64,000 nucleotides of DNA from Octopus vulgaris (Eukaryota). This document shows positions 26,006 to 40,651 of this stretch, one piece after another. The notes beneath the pieces are model-generated. The model worked only from the letters and a program-made list of their open reading frames with translations. It did no database searches and was not told the DNA's origin. Where the stretch lies: positions 90,210,001-90,274,000 of the forward strand of contig OX597817.1 of NCBI GenBank assembly GCA_951406725.2, read 5' to 3'. Position 1 is the stretch's first letter. The number at the start of each line of letters is the position of its first letter. Made by a program: the position numbers and the translations under genes.

Positions 26006-27659
26006 CATATTAAAAACAAGTAAATGCTCTTGATTCTTGTTGAAAACATGACAAACTCTCTGGTGCTGGTGGCATGATAAAATGTATCCAATACACACTA
26101 TAAAGGGGTTGTTGTTAGGATAGAATCAGAGCCCAAAATGAAATTTAGGGGTGTTACAAGGCCAGTCATTTCAAGAGGAGCGGTTTCATCAGTTACCGTG
26201 AATTCCTGCACATGACTGGTATTTTATTTTATCAGCCATGTAAAGGTGAAAGGCAAAGTTGACCATGGCAGAATTTTAACGTAAAGAGGTGGGAAGAATT
26301 CTGCTAAGCAGAATTCTGCCAGCTCACTACATTTAAGGGTTTCAAATTGTGGCACCAGGCCAGCAGTTTTAGGGAGAAGGGGATTTGTCAATTACATTGA
26401 TACCAGGACTTGACAATTAAAGGTTGAAAGACAAAGCTGAGCTTGGTAAGATTTGAACCCAGAATGTAAAGAGCTACCAGAAACATCAGAAGACATTTTG
26501 GTTGGCCATCTTATAATTCTGGAAGAGGAGCAACAGCAACAGTCTAAATTAATATTTATAGTGATTTAATCCTATGAATAAACAAAGAAAACACATTAAC
26601 AAACACAACAATAACAACACTGATAAAGACAATAGCAGTGTTGTTGCAATGTAACTAAAGGTTTTAATAAAATAAGAACTAATTAAAGACCAAAGTAATA
26701 AAGCAAATATTCTATTTGCTTCATCTTCTGTTTCTGCCTCCCACATACACCCATTCCTTCACCAACTCTGACAGAATCATCATCACTTTCATCCCCTCTT
26801 CATCAGTTACCATTACCACCATCACCACAGCCACCACCACCACCAGCACTATAATCATCAGTACTATCCATCAGCATTCCCATCATCACTCCCATAATCA
26901 TTCTCCACCCCATAATCATCAACACCATCACCATTACTGCCATTATTGTCATTCCTCCCCATCAGCATCAACATCACCACAATTCTTATCATCATCATCA
27001 TCATCATCATCACACCTACTATCATCATTACCACCACCAACAACAACAACAACAACACTGCTACCACTATTATTATGAACAATTTCATCATGACTACTGT
27101 TACTTCACTCACCACCATTCTGTTCTTATCCATTGGTGAAACAACAAGGAAAAAAAAAGGTTATGAAAATAACAACACTAAAGAAATATCTAAATCAGAC
27201 AATGTGAACAATGACAACAAAAACAACAACAACAACAAAACAGCAGAAATACCGCCACCCTGCAATGGCTAAGAGACACAAAAAAGATAATATAAACAAT
27301 AACAGTAAACAATAGTGACAACAAAAGTAAGCCAGCTTACTGTCCCTTTCTTCTCTAATACATAAACATACAACAATGACAAAAACACTTGCCTTCCCTC
27401 CCACTCTTTATGCCTTTAATGTACCAACAGATAACTATAACAATGCTTGCTCTACCTTCTACCTCTAATACATCAACAGACAGCAACATGACTGCCATTC
27501 CTCCTGCCCAGCCCTTTACACCACTAATACATCAACATAGTAAATCAGAAATTATATATCAACCAATAAATTAATACAGTGAAATTTAACATGGATTATA
27601 ACAATCTTTTACATCTGTTTAGACGTAGGGAATTATTGTACCACCATACACACACATGG

Positions 27660-27729
<70 letters not shown>

Positions 27730-29350
27730 GCTGTATATATTGTTGTTGTTGTTAGTTGTTATGTTACTGATTGTGATAGTGATTTCAGTGGTATTACTGA
27801 TGGTGGTGTTAATGCTGATGATTATGTGGACAATGATATGATACTGATATGATGCTATTATGAATGATGATAATGATGATGCTGATGATTTGGATGATGG
27901 TGGTATTGATGATGATGATGGTGATGATAATGTTACTGCTTTTTAGCTTCTTGTTGATTTTATTTTGCTGCCATTGTTGGTTTTATGCTGCTGCTGCTGT
28001 TGTTGTTGTTGTTGCCACGGCTGTGGTGGCTGTCGGATCAATCTTTAAGACAAATCCTCATCTGATAATCACTATTACCATAGCAGTGACAATGACCACT
28101 GCCATTGCCACGGTAGCCACTACTACGGCCACGGCCGCCACCACTTTCAGTATAACCATTATCAGAAACATCATCATTATCATCAGCCTAATCAAGATCA
28201 TCCACATCAGCATCAGTTTTCATCCTGTCATGTTTCTATTCCCACCAGCAACATCAATGTGTTCAGAAGGATCATCATGATCGTCGTCATCATCACTACC
28301 ACCAACACCCAACATCATGTTTATCCTAACATCAAAATCCTCCTCCAGCCTCTCCACCATCACTGCCACCACCACCAGTCTATCATTCTATCACCAATGA
28401 CTATCAATGCCAATGTTGTCTGTAACCAAACACAATCTAAAACCTACTTATCTAACACAAATAACTTGGTTATTCTTCAACTAACACCATTATTGGCCAA
28501 TCTAAACTTGATATTCCCAAATCCACTGGTAAACAATAACAGAAACACTACTACCTCCAGGCCAAACCAATTTCCTGCCAATACATTTTGTCTAGAATTT
28601 ATCTCTTGGATCTGAAATGGGATGGATGATATTTTTTTGAGGCAATGTTCAATGGCCAGATGTTCTTCCTGATGCCTGAACCATTAATCTCCTTTTACAG
28701 CATGCAAGGATATGCTATATGATCATCATCATAATTATCATCATCATTTTAATATATACTAGCATGGATCAGATGGAGTTCACTGCTGCAAATTTACAAC
28801 CAGATGCCTTTCCTGTTATCAACCTTCATCTGTTTTCAAGCAAGGTAATATTTTCCCAATGGTTAGACATGTTTTTGCTTAATATTAGAAATGAATGATG
28901 ACACTGCTTGTTTGACAGTGAAATACATTTAAAAATATTAAGCACTGTCAAGATAGGGATACACAGACATGCATGCATGCATACATACACACAAACATAC
29001 ATTATACATGCAAACATGTATGCATGCATACATGCACACATACATGCATGCAGGTGTGCATACACACATACTTACATGCATATATATATATATATATAGT
29101 AGAAAACATTTGCCCAAGGTGCCAAGTAGTAGGACTGAAACTGAAAACACGTGATAAGAAAGCAAACTTCTCAATCACACATCCACATCTGCACCTATTT
29201 TAAAAACTGGGAAACACATAGAACAAGTCAGTTACACATGGTATAACACAAAATAATATTCAAATGAAATACATAATAAAACAACAATAAAAATAGGCTT
29301 AGTAATTAAATTCTCCTAATTCACATATACATACTTCTGTCACCCCACCC

Positions 29351-29383
<33 letters not shown>

Positions 29384-29477
29384 AAGTTTAAACAATCAGA
29401 AAATGCAGAAAACTTTTGATCAACAAACAAATTGGACCACATCTGTAGATTATTTTTTAATACAAAACATGACATAA

Positions 29478-29595
29478 CATTTCTTCTGGCTGTTTCCGCT
29501 TCCAATGTCAGTCAGTGCTTATGAAAGAATTTCGAAAATAATATTTGTCATCTTCATAGGACATTTGATCTAGTACATGGAGCTTCATCAGAATG
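29478..29595 (-). ncRNA. Hammerhead remnant with long stem II
   Basis: catt CTGATGA agctccatgt..(internal inverted repeat)..acattggaagcg GAAA cagc: core segments and stem II present, stem III/cleavage triplet damaged. Confidence 0.45.
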
Positions 29596-30764
29596 ATCGC
29601 AAATGTGTAAAATAAAATAAAATAAAATAAATGAAGGGAAGAGGGAATAGGAAAGAACATAGCCTCAAGAAGAGGCCAGGAGGTTCAATATATTAAAATC
29701 ATTCCAAAACGTGAATCTTTGATGTTGATATAATTTTATATTTGGGTATACACCTTGTAGTATGCAGTTTAAATCCCATTCACACTATTTGGCTATCTGA
29801 TGTAATCAACAGTATGGAGGTATTCCCCACTAGATTTACCTAATTGGTTATAAGAGAGTAGTTCTACATAATAACCCAGTTCCTCATGTAAACAAGTAAC
29901 ACTCTACAACAATTAAAATGTAGTCTAACAGAAATAAATGAAATGGAGATTAAAAAATGAGGTACCTTTTGACAAGTCACCTGATGAGAAATATCCACAC
30001 CTATGATGCACTACAACTGTTTGTATAGCATACAATTGGAGAATAGGTGTGTGTATGAAGGTAAGCATGCATATGTGCGTGTATATATGCATACACATGC
30101 ACATGTGCATAGAGATATACAGGAAGTTACATAAACCATTATCATTTTTACACAGCTTGTTTTTTTTCTACCATGCTGTCATGTATTGGAAGAGACTTTT
30201 TGAGACAGTATTTCATAGCTGGAATATATTCTTTACACCGACCTTTACTTATTTTCAAGTAAGGGACTTTAATCTACTGCTTTTTCACATCTTGAAACAC
30301 TGTTGCAGGGCATAAAAACATCACTATTGCCCAAGTAATGTTGATATGAAGATATATGGAAACAAACACACACAGACACAGCTAAACAAAGTTATATAAG
30401 GATGAACAGTGCAGTGATGTTACACATCAAAAGATAGATTTAATACTAACTGTATATATACATCAGACCAGCATTTTGAGGGTGACTTAAGTATACGGTA
30501 CCAATGAACTGAAATAACAGCAAAATATCAATATCTGTCATTCTCATTCACCTCCAGGGTGATTCATTTTGCTTAGTTTTGAGGTGTACTGGGTTTTTAA
30601 CACTCTATATCTTGAAGGGACCTTCCATAGACAAAATACCCCAGCCTAAAAGCATTTAAACAAAACACACTTTAAGTATGTGACATCAATAATGTTTACA
30701 ATATTATAGCTGCTTCAAACTCAAAATTTAATACACACACACACACATAAATAAACATACAGAC

Positions 30765-31330
30765 TTACTGGTGGAATGTCCCAGTGAAAACCTTAATAAA
30801 ACATAAACACATATATAATGAGTTGGAATAGGGAAGAGAAACTGTGTACAGTTGTGGAAATCAGTTGCCCAGTGGATGTTAATGTAAAGCTGAAGATCAG
30901 TGAAAAAGAGAATACCTATGTTGAACTACTGAGAAATCTTTAGTTACTCTATCCAGATTATAAGTTAGGTTTACACCTGTAATTAGGGGTATTAGGATAT
31001 GTAACACACTGCCTAAATACCAATCTTGAGAAATTAGGCTTCTCAAAACCAGAAAGGAGAATGCTGATTCAAAGACTACAGATTCAAGTCATCACTGGAA
31101 CTGTAAAAATCTGTAAAACTTTCCAGAATTTTATCATTTAAGTATATATGAGCAGGTCTAGATATGCAAGTACATGCATGAGAAGACATGCATGAAACAA
31201 AACACAAATCTGCACATATAGAAACATACAAAAATATGCTGTTGATGTTATTGAAATTTGAATGAAGGAGCCCTGGATATAGATTAGAAACTGACTCTTT
31301 CTTTATTGACAACAAATCTTGAAATAAAAC
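30765..31330 (+). mobile_element. Degenerate RLE-type LINE 3' fragment (third family)
   Basis: YWWNVPVKT..WNREEKLCTVVEISCPVDVNVKLKISEKENTY..TGTVKICKTF. Boundaries approximate. Confidence 0.65.
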
Positions 31331-31754
31331 TGAGTAATGACATACATAAATTAATATCCCTGAGCTATTTTCCATCATTAACACCCTTCCTACTCTCATC
31401 CTCAATGCCCTCACTTATCTACAGCAACTCTTGTCTTCAAGCCTCCCCTATATTTCTTTCCATCATTTGCTATAGTCACCTAATCCTGCTCACTCATCAA
31501 GTGAAAACATCTATATCACCTCACCTACCCCCCCTCACCCCAAAGGACCTTGAGGGCATGTTCTGATATATCTTCATCATCATTTCTCTCTTATACTATT
31601 ACTCTCTTTATCTTGTTCTCCAACTTGCTCTCCTTTCTTTTCCAACTGAAGTATCATTATATCCACTCCACAACAAAACATCTATCTCTGTACCTCCATA
31701 CCTTTAATCTCTCAACTAGCATGAAGCCACACTCCCTCAATACTACTCCTCAGT

Positions 31755-32090
31755 TCCAGTTGAAGGGTTTTTGTCTTGCAAGGTACTTGGTAACCCTGTC
31801 AGTACTGGTGCCATATAAAAAGCACTGGTGCTAGTTCCATGTAAAAAGCACTGGTTCTGGTGCCATATAAATAGCAGTGGTGCTGGTGCCATGTAAACAG
31901 TGGTGGTGCTGGTGCCATGTAAAAAGCAGTGATGTTGGTGCCATGTAAAAGGCAGTGGTGCTGGGGCAATATAAAATGCACTCTGTATACTCTGTAAAAT
32001 GGTTAGGGCTACACCCAGCTGTAGAAAGCATACCAAAACAGACAATGGAACCTGGTGCAACTCATGCCTGCATGGAAAACAGACATTACA
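31755..32090 (+). mobile_element. RTE-3'-related SINE with internal 26-bp tandem array (~7 units, 31808-31982)
   Basis: Unit gtgccatgtaaaaagcastggtgctg; ends in catgcctgcatggaaaacagacatta. Confidence 0.7.
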
Positions 32091-34204
32091 TACACAAATA
32101 TGTCTGTTTAGTTTTAAGATACATCTTGCAGATCCTCTGAGGTGCATCATTAGTGATGTTTAGGGGGTCTCAAGAGTTTTGGGTCTTTCAACCTCAGATC
32201 CTGCCACCCAGTCAACCTAGCTAGGGGTGATCAAGTCCTAGCTTGCCTCCCAATAACAGCAAACCAGTGGTCAGCTCTCTTTACCTAAAGCCACCTAGTG
32301 GCCCACTCCTAGTGTATGTTACGTATGCATATATGCAGGTATGTATACATGCAGAAGTGTTTTTGTTTCCCCTTGTCTTGACATGATGCAATAATTGTAA
32401 TTAAACATCACAATTATACAGGAAATGTTTTTTTGTTTGCCAGCTTCCATAAAAATCTTTCCAGCCATTGAGTTGTTTGCAAATATTACCTTAATGAAAG
32501 CAGGTGAGGGTTGGTGACAGAAAGAGCATTCAAATTTAGAAAATCTGCTTCAATGAATTTCATCTGACTCAAGATGGCATGGTGGAGTCGACAGTAATAT
32601 GACAATAATACAATTTTATACACACACACACACAGATGCACAATTATGCATACATATGCAGTCACACACACACACACACACTTGCAAGTTCTCTTTATTC
32701 TTCCTTGTCTACAGTGATGACTTTACATTCAATGTTCATGCACACACACACACACACATACATACATATACATACATACATACATACATATACATACATA
32801 CACATACATACATACACATACATACATATGTTATAAACATTCATGTACTTATTGGGAGAATGGTTTTCATGGTGGGAAATGTTGTACTTTGGAAAATTGA
32901 AATTATTAACGCAGAATAAATTTTAAATACATATGAATCTGTGCAAATACCCAAACAAAAAAACAAAAAACAAAAACAAAACAAAAAATAACAAAAACAA
33001 AAACCCTAAAAGAATCCAAATACAAAAAATAAGGTAAATATATGGATTGTGTAGAAAATAAATTCTAGTTGTGCACAGAATAAATGTAGCCATTATTATA
33101 CACAAGCCGTGAATAGAAACCAATAATTTTATTGAGATAATTCAGGTATTAAGAATATCTGTAGTAAAAAGCTACGTATGGACAATTATTTGTCACAGAA
33201 GCAAGAGAGAACATTCATTTTCACAGAAACCAATTCCAAAGTTACTATTGATATTGATGCTATTATTGTTTCTGTTGATATTGTGGTTGTTATCATGATT
33301 CCTTTTATTCCCTGTGTTTTTGATGGTTTGTTTTTGTTTCTTGTTTTTTTTTAACTCTTTTCTCTTTCTATTCAGCCAGAAGCTAGCATTAATATCACTC
33401 AGGAATACGGCATAGTTAGATATCACTTCAGTTCACCACCACCACCACCATCACCATTCCCAAAAGAGATATCAAACCTTTTGTCTAAAAGGATATTCAG
33501 CTATCATCATCATCATTACCATTATTATTTTTATTATTATTTCTCTTCAGAGACATCATAGTTAAAGGCAGCAATGCCAATACTATTCCCATGCACTGAT
33601 ATCATGATAACACCAGTGTCATTCATAGAGATGCTCTTCTTATATCATGCCTCTGGTGGCATCAGCAAATCTATCTCATACAACCCAGGTATTGTGTGTA
33701 TATGTGGGTGTGTGTGGGTGTGCATGTGGGTGTGTGAGTGTGGGACCAGTGTATGTGTACATGGCTGCGTGGTTAAGAAGTTTGATTTAAACCATGTGGT
33801 TTAGTGTTCCATCCCTTGTGTGACAACGTGGTCATATGTTTTCCACTGCAAAATCACATTGGCCAAGCCTTCAGTGGGGTTCAGCAGGTGAGAACTGTAC
33901 AGAAGCTCATATGTACATACATGTATATGTACAAATATATATATATATGCATACACTTGTTATCAGTTCAAATATGCATGAGTCATGCTTTAACCTGTGA
34001 GAAAGCCATTCACAAACTGAAGAATGCATGTGTTTCAGAGTAGTTATCTCCTCTTCAGCATCAGACACTGGAGAAGGGTAGTGCTGCAAACTGACAGAGA
34101 TAGGTCTCTCTAATCGTATTCCAGTCAGCATACTGTGATTGGTTGTGCTAATCAGTGACTCTTACCGGTATATATGTATATATATGAATTACACTGCTAG
34201 ACTG

Positions 34205-34400
34205 GCCCTCATGTCGGTGGCATGTAAAAGCATCCACTACACTCTTGGAGTGGTTGACATTAGGAAGGACATCCAGCTGTAGAAACTCTGCCAGATCAGA
34301 CTGGAGCCTGGTGCAGCCGTCTGGTTCGCCAGTCCTCAGTCAAATCGTCCAACCCATGCTAGTATGGAAAGCGGACGTTAAATGATGATGATGATGATGA
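34205..34400 (+). mobile_element. RTE 3'-end fragment with (GAT)n tail
   Basis: Matches the reverse complement of 546-740. Confidence 0.8.
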
Positions 34401-34429
34401 TTATATCATCTACTTGTTGGAGAATAGGT

Positions 34430-37083
34430 ATAATTAGTGCTCAGATAGACTTACTTCCTAAAGAGGCTGCTAAGAATCACAGGTTCCCGAGGGCCATCAT
34501 GGAACAGGACTAACCTTGCCATATGCCCCTACAACTGCAGGTCCTTGGCAGGGTGGCAAGAACTGAGCCACCTAATGGAGGAGAGGAAGAAGATCAGGTG
34601 CGATGTGTTAGGGCTGTGCGAGACATGCTGGAAGAAGGAAGTGAGTATACGATGGCAAGATGGATGCACTGTGAGATTAGGGAGAGCAGAAGGTGCTAGA
34701 TTGGTCGGAGGTATAGGATTCATCGTAAGTAAGGAATGGGCTTCGAGGATCGCTTCTTGCCAGTTCATATCATCACGGATTGGTGTACTGAATGTGAACC
34801 TCTCAGGGAAGGCCACCCTCAAGATTGTGCAGACCTATGCTCCCACAAGTGCCAGCGACAACGATGAGGTGGAAGAATTCTATCGACAACTAGACAAAGG
34901 GCTGGCTGTGATGTCCACTTACACTGTCGTGGTGGGAGACTTCAACGCAAAGGTTGGACATGGACGACAAGGAAAGGAGTACATTGGGAGATTCGACTCT
35001 ACATTGGAAACAGCCTATTCAGGAAGAGGGAGAGGAAGAGATGGACCTGGATATTGCCGAACTCTAAGCACTGAAGCGAAATCGACTACATCCTGGTTGG
35101 TAAGCGACACATATTATATGACGTCTCCGTTGTGACGCCATTCAACACCGGCAGCGATCATCGTCTGGTGAGGGTGAAGGTCGTCATCGACGGGAAGAGG
35201 GAGAAGATGGCGCTGTATTTGGCGTCGAAGGGAAAATGTGTCCGAGTCTACAATGAGGCACAGCTGCAGGAAGCCATCATGCAGGAAAACTGGTGCCAAG
35301 GAGACGACATAGACGATGACTACAACTCACTGATAGGGAAACTGAAGGAGTGTTTAAGGAAGGCTAAGGGAGTATGTCTAAGAGAAAAGGAGGGAAGAAT
35401 CTCAGAAGAAACTACGAAGTTACTCGAGAAGAGGAAAAATATGAAGAGGACTATTGAAGATCACCTTCAATATTCCATTCTCAGCAGAGTGATTCGTCAG
35501 CAACTAAAGAAAGACTTTGAGGCATACTGGATGTAGAAGCTCTTGAAGGCTGCAGAGGAAAAGAAGAGCCTCAAGAAATGCAGGAGGGACATGGTACTAT
35601 ATAGATCGGAGGTGACGGCCCTAAAGAATACAGGAAGATAATGTGCCACCTATCCTTGTCAGTGAGGTTGAAAGAGCCATCGGCTTGATGAAAAACAGAA
35701 AGGTGCCAGGGAAAGACGGTATAACATCGGAGGTGCTAAAGTCAGGCAGAGAGCAGCTCTGGAAAATCCTCGCTGAGCAATTTATGCACTATCTAGATGA
35801 GGGAAGAATTCCCTCGCAGTGGAAATAGTCAAATACCATCCTGCTGTATAAGAAGGCGATAGAGAAGATCTAAAGAACTACTGACCCATATGCCTGCTGT
35901 CTCACGTGTACAAGCTGTTCATGAAGATAATTCTGAACAGGTTATCACGTCATCTCGATGAGCAACAACCGAGGGAACAAGCCGGCTTCCGGAAGAACTA
36001 CAGCACGATGGACCATATATTTACTCTAACACAACTGCTTGAGCGAATGAGTACAAGCTGCCTCTTTGTGTTGTATTTGCAGAGGCAAGGAGTCGAGACG
36101 CCATATGTGCAACTGCTCAGGGAGGCAAATTCTGGATGCACCACCGACATAGCTCTACTGTCATCACCCGTACGAGTGCCGGTCAAGAAGGGAGTGAAGC
36201 AAGGAGATACGATCTCCCCAAAACTTTTCACCGCATGTCTCGAACAGATCATCAGAGGCATCAACCAGCAAGGCAGTGTCAACATCAATTGCAAGCTCCT
36301 CACCCACCTCCATTTCACTGATGACATCATATCATCGATGAAACCATGGATCAGCTTCAGACCATGCGGACGGAGCTCGACATCAAAAGCTCTGCAGTAG
36401 GTCTCAAGATGAACCGCATGAAAACAAAGTTCATGCGGTCAGACAACGTACCAACAGGTCGAATGGTGATCGGCAGTGATGAAATAGAGGAGGTAAAGGA
36501 ATATGTCTACCTGGGACAGGAAGTGAATATGTGCCGAGATATCGAAAAGGAGATCTCATAGAGAGTAAGGGCCGGATGGAAGGCATTTAATGGCATAAGG
36601 GATGTGCTCAAGGGAAGGTTGGACAGGACCACCCGTGCCAACCTCATCAATAGTACAGTTCTACCTGCAATGTTATATGGTAGTGAAACATGGGCTACCA
36701 CAAAGAGAGAAGAGAAGAGACTGGTAACGGCTCAAAGAGCCATGGAAAGGTCAATGCTTGGTATCTTGTTGAGAGAGCACATCAGTAGCGAGATCGTCAG
36801 AAAGAAGTCCGGCGTGAGGGATGTCATCGCAGAGTATACACGCAGCAAGTTTAGATGGGCTGGACACGTCGCCCAGCTTACCAATAATCGGTGGACCTGC
36901 GCAGTTGTTGAGTGGTACCTGCGCGATTGGAAAAGACCACCCGGAAGGTCTCCATGATGATGGAGTTACGATTTCAGGATCACGTGGATGAGAAAGGCGT
37001 GATCCAGAGAGGAGTGGACAGCATGCTGTGAACAGCGGTGTCAAATGGATGCCTGACGGACTGGTCGTTTAAGGTGAAGGTGA
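34430..37083 (+). mobile_element. Near-full-length RTE-1-type LINE (APE endonuclease plus RT), disrupted
   Basis: YNCRSL, DVLGLCET, YAPTS, VGDFNAKVG, EIDYIL, GSDHRLV, QPREQAGFRKNYSTMDHIF, GVKQGDTISPKLF, FTDDI, YVYLGQ, KFRWAGHVA; stops, frameshifts and internal deletions; (aaggtg)2 end. Confidence 0.92.
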
Positions 37084-37328
37084 TATATATATACGGCAAG
37101 AAGAAAAGGGAGGGAATCAAGAGGTAGTATTCATCAGTTGTTAGACATTATATTACGTCTATTTATTTATTTTAAACAGTTCAGTGTATTGTAAATCTTT
37201 AGATAAAATTAGGGTACTTGGTTATGCCTCTGGGCTTCGTCAGAGAGTTTTTATAAGATAGTCCAAGAAGTTCATAGGGCTAATTTATGCATATATAAAT
37301 ATATATATATACATAAAATTATATATAC

Positions 37329-37375
<47 letters not shown>

Positions 37376-37388
37376 TATATATCCAAGA

Positions 37389-37650
37389 GGAGGCATGTGG
37401 TTTAGTGGTTATGGTATTGCACTCATGATCATAAGATTATGGTTTCAATTCCAAAACCAGGCAGTGCATTGTATTCTTAAGCAAAGCGTGTCATTTTATG
37501 TTGCTCTGCAATCACTTTGACATTGTGCACCTGTTCAGGTAACAAAAATTTGGTTGAGCAAGTGAACTAATATACAGCACAAACATTTGATCACTATAAA
37601 CAAATCTTTTGTGCATGTTGTTCAAAACTGGCTTTCTCTGCTACAAGAGA
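37389..37650 (+). mobile_element. SINE family C
   Basis: ggaggcatgtggtttagtggtt..ggtttcaattcc head. Confidence 0.7.
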
Positions 37651-37693
37651 CTACCATCAAACATATACATATGCATGTTTATACATATGAGTA

Positions 37694-37780
<87 letters not shown>

Positions 37781-37799
37781 CATTTTCTTTTAATCAACA

Positions 37800-38300
37800 A
37801 GCGCAGGTAAGTAGCTTGCTTACCAACCACATGGTTCTGGGTTCAGTCCCACAGCATGGCACCTTGGGCAAGCGTCTTCTACTATAGCCTTGGGTCGACC
37901 AAAGCCTTGTGAGTGGATTTGTTAGACGGAAACTGAAAGAAGCCCGTCGTAAATATGTATGTATATATATATATCCAAGAGGAGGCATGTGGCTTAGTGG
38001 TTATGGTATTGCACTAATGATCATAAGATTATGGCTTCAATTCAATGGTAAGATAACAAAAGAAAGAAAAAGACCTCAATATTATGTAAATAAAGGAAAT
38101 TTATCTGTAAAATAATATGTGACAATTATTCAATAGCCAAGATACAACTCTGAGTTTTGCGGTTTGGCAAAAAAAGACTGATAGAATAAGTACTAGGCTT
38201 ACAAAGAATAAGTCCTGGGGTCGATTTGCTCGACTAAGGGCAGTGCTCCAGCATGGCCACAGTCAAATGACTGAAACAAGTAAAAGAGTAAAAGAGAGTA
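37800..38300 (+). mobile_element. Interrupted SINE family A (head 37800-37955, tail 38160-38300)
   Basis: Head and tail match 10132-10542; a duplicated family C head and another fragment lie in between. Confidence 0.7.
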
Positions 38301-38574
38301 ACAGAAGTTAGAAAGTGACTGATGCTCTGAGAGTTTTCTGCATTGGTACATATCGAACTGGTTTGAAATTGGGGGATTTAATTTATATTGACCATGCACC
38401 CAGAGTGTAGTGTCTGTAGGACATCTTATAGCTCTTCAGAGTTATTTCGATGATCTTACTAATATTGTGAAGTATAAGTATGTTGAGTTCTAACAACTGT
38501 TTACAGGTATCACAATGGCTAAGCAGAATAATAAAGTATTATGTGTGTGTGTTTGTGTGTGTGTTTGTGTGTGT

Positions 38575-38611
<37 letters not shown>

Positions 38612-39373
38612 GAGATATGAATACAGGCATTACTATGTGGTTAAAAAGCCTGTTTCATAACTACATAGTTTCAGGCTTCCTTCACTTTGAGCAAGAGTCT
38701 TCTTCCTTAGTCATAGGTCTTACTAGTAAAATTTTATAAGCAGAAACTGCAGAAAACCATCAGAGACTGTTTCAATCCTTGAATTATAGACTTAATCTGT
38801 GCCTGGTTTAAAACCACCTAATTCTCTTTGGGTGCCTTCAGCAGAGTCCACTCTGTGGTAAACATTTAGGCCAAGTCTTTGCTATGAGGATAACTTCCAC
38901 CCTTCTCCTCACCTGTCTCACTGGCACTCTGTTGGTTATGAGGGTTCCAGTTGATACAATCAACAGAACAGCTTGCTTGAGAAATTAATGTGCAAGTGGT
39001 TGAGCACTCCACAAATACATGTACCCTTAACATAGTTCTTAGGGAGATTCAGTGTGACACAGTGTGTGATGAGGTTGGCTCTTTGAATTACAGATACTAC
39101 TCATTTTTGCCATCTGTAGAAAGATGGCTTTAATAAGGGCCATGAGTATAACCTTTCTTCCTATATAAATGAATGACAGATGAATAAGTGTTGCAGAATC
39201 ATGTTCATTAGCATAAGAAACCATGCATCCAGTGTTGAGTGCCACTGGGACATCTTATAGCTTCTTCAGAGCTACATCAATGACTAAGCTTATGACTATG
39301 TCATAAAAAAATGAAACACCAGCCGCATCAAAAATATGCTGTTTCAAGACAAAGCAAGAGAGAGTGTCTACAT

Positions 39374-39703
39374 CAGTGTTTCACATATTTTTACTCTTGT
39401 GTAACCCTTAAAATAAATTACATGTCTCAAGGAACCCCTGCACAAAAACAAAAATTATATACCATATCTTTCTCATATATTTTCATCGTAATTCATGTGG
39501 TAAATATCATATATATATATAGTTGCTACATTTTTTGATGATGTCTATATTACAATATTACAATAACCAATAATATGTTGTGCATGTATAGTAATATTAC
39601 GATCATGAAATTAACATTAGTTTATCTTACTCTTTCTCACAGAACCCCTAGGAACGTTTTGCAGAACCTGAGGGTTCCAGGGAACCTCAGTTGAGAAACG
39701 CTG
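39374..39703. mobile_element. hAT (Charlie/Buster-type) MITE with perfect 8-bp TSD
   Basis: gtctacat|cagtgtttcaca ... tgagaaacgctg|gtctacat; TSD at 39366-39373 and 39704-39711; subterminal palindrome gagggttccagggaacctc. Confidence 0.85.
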
Positions 39704-40651
39704 GTCTACATGTTCACATGACCAGCTAGAAGCAGTAGCTAAATCTCTATTAACTCATATATTATACTCTTAAAAGAAGGAAGGACATATTGGAAAATGC
39801 AATCTGAGATATGCTCTGTCTGAAAAACACACACACACATACACACACATACACAGACAAGAAGGTCTGTTGCATCTCAGGGTTGACTTTAGGATAAACA
39901 ACCACTAGAAGATGAGTACATAAGATAATGTATTCCTAGATACAAGATGTGTAGAAGTAACAAAAAAAAAAGACTAGCTGGAACATCTTTGATCAACGTC
40001 TATTTGATCAAAGATGACCTGGAGGGGAAACCAGCCACCAACAACAATAAGAAATCTATCTTGACATTATGATGGCAAGTATTACAAGAATCAATAACTC
40101 TATTTTGATATGGTAACACCAAAAGTTTCTATGATACCAATATTCTATACACTGATATCATGATAACGCTAATATCATTTCTGTGGATGCTCTACTTATG
40201 TTGTAACACCCATCATAACAACAAACCTATCTTGACATTATCGCAGTAAATATTACAAGAATCAATAATTATAGTCTGATATGGTAATGCCAGAAGTTTT
40301 AAAGATAATTAAGATTATTCCTATGATGTAATAGTACCAAAGGTTCCAATGTTTCAACTCATCACAACACCACCTGAAATGTGTACACAAATAAACACAC
40401 ACACACACACATATATCATCCACATACATACACACATAGATACATACATATATATATATGTATATATATATTATACACACACACACATATGTGCATACAT
40501 ACACATGTATACATATGTAAGTATTTATACATGCATACATACACATGTATACATGTATACCAACAAATGCATAAACATATATGCAGATATGTATGCACAC
40601 ATGCATGTACACACACACGCACACATAGACACCCACACACACACACATGTA

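Noticed and set aside
28555-28611. Possible 57-nt exon ttcag|ATCCAAGAG..CTGGAG|gtagta
   Set aside because: Weak donor and no recognisable similarity to Epac.
31808-31982. CRISPR-like appearance of the 26-bp and 33-bp arrays
   Set aside because: The units are contiguous with no unique spacers, there are no cas genes, and the context is eukaryotic.
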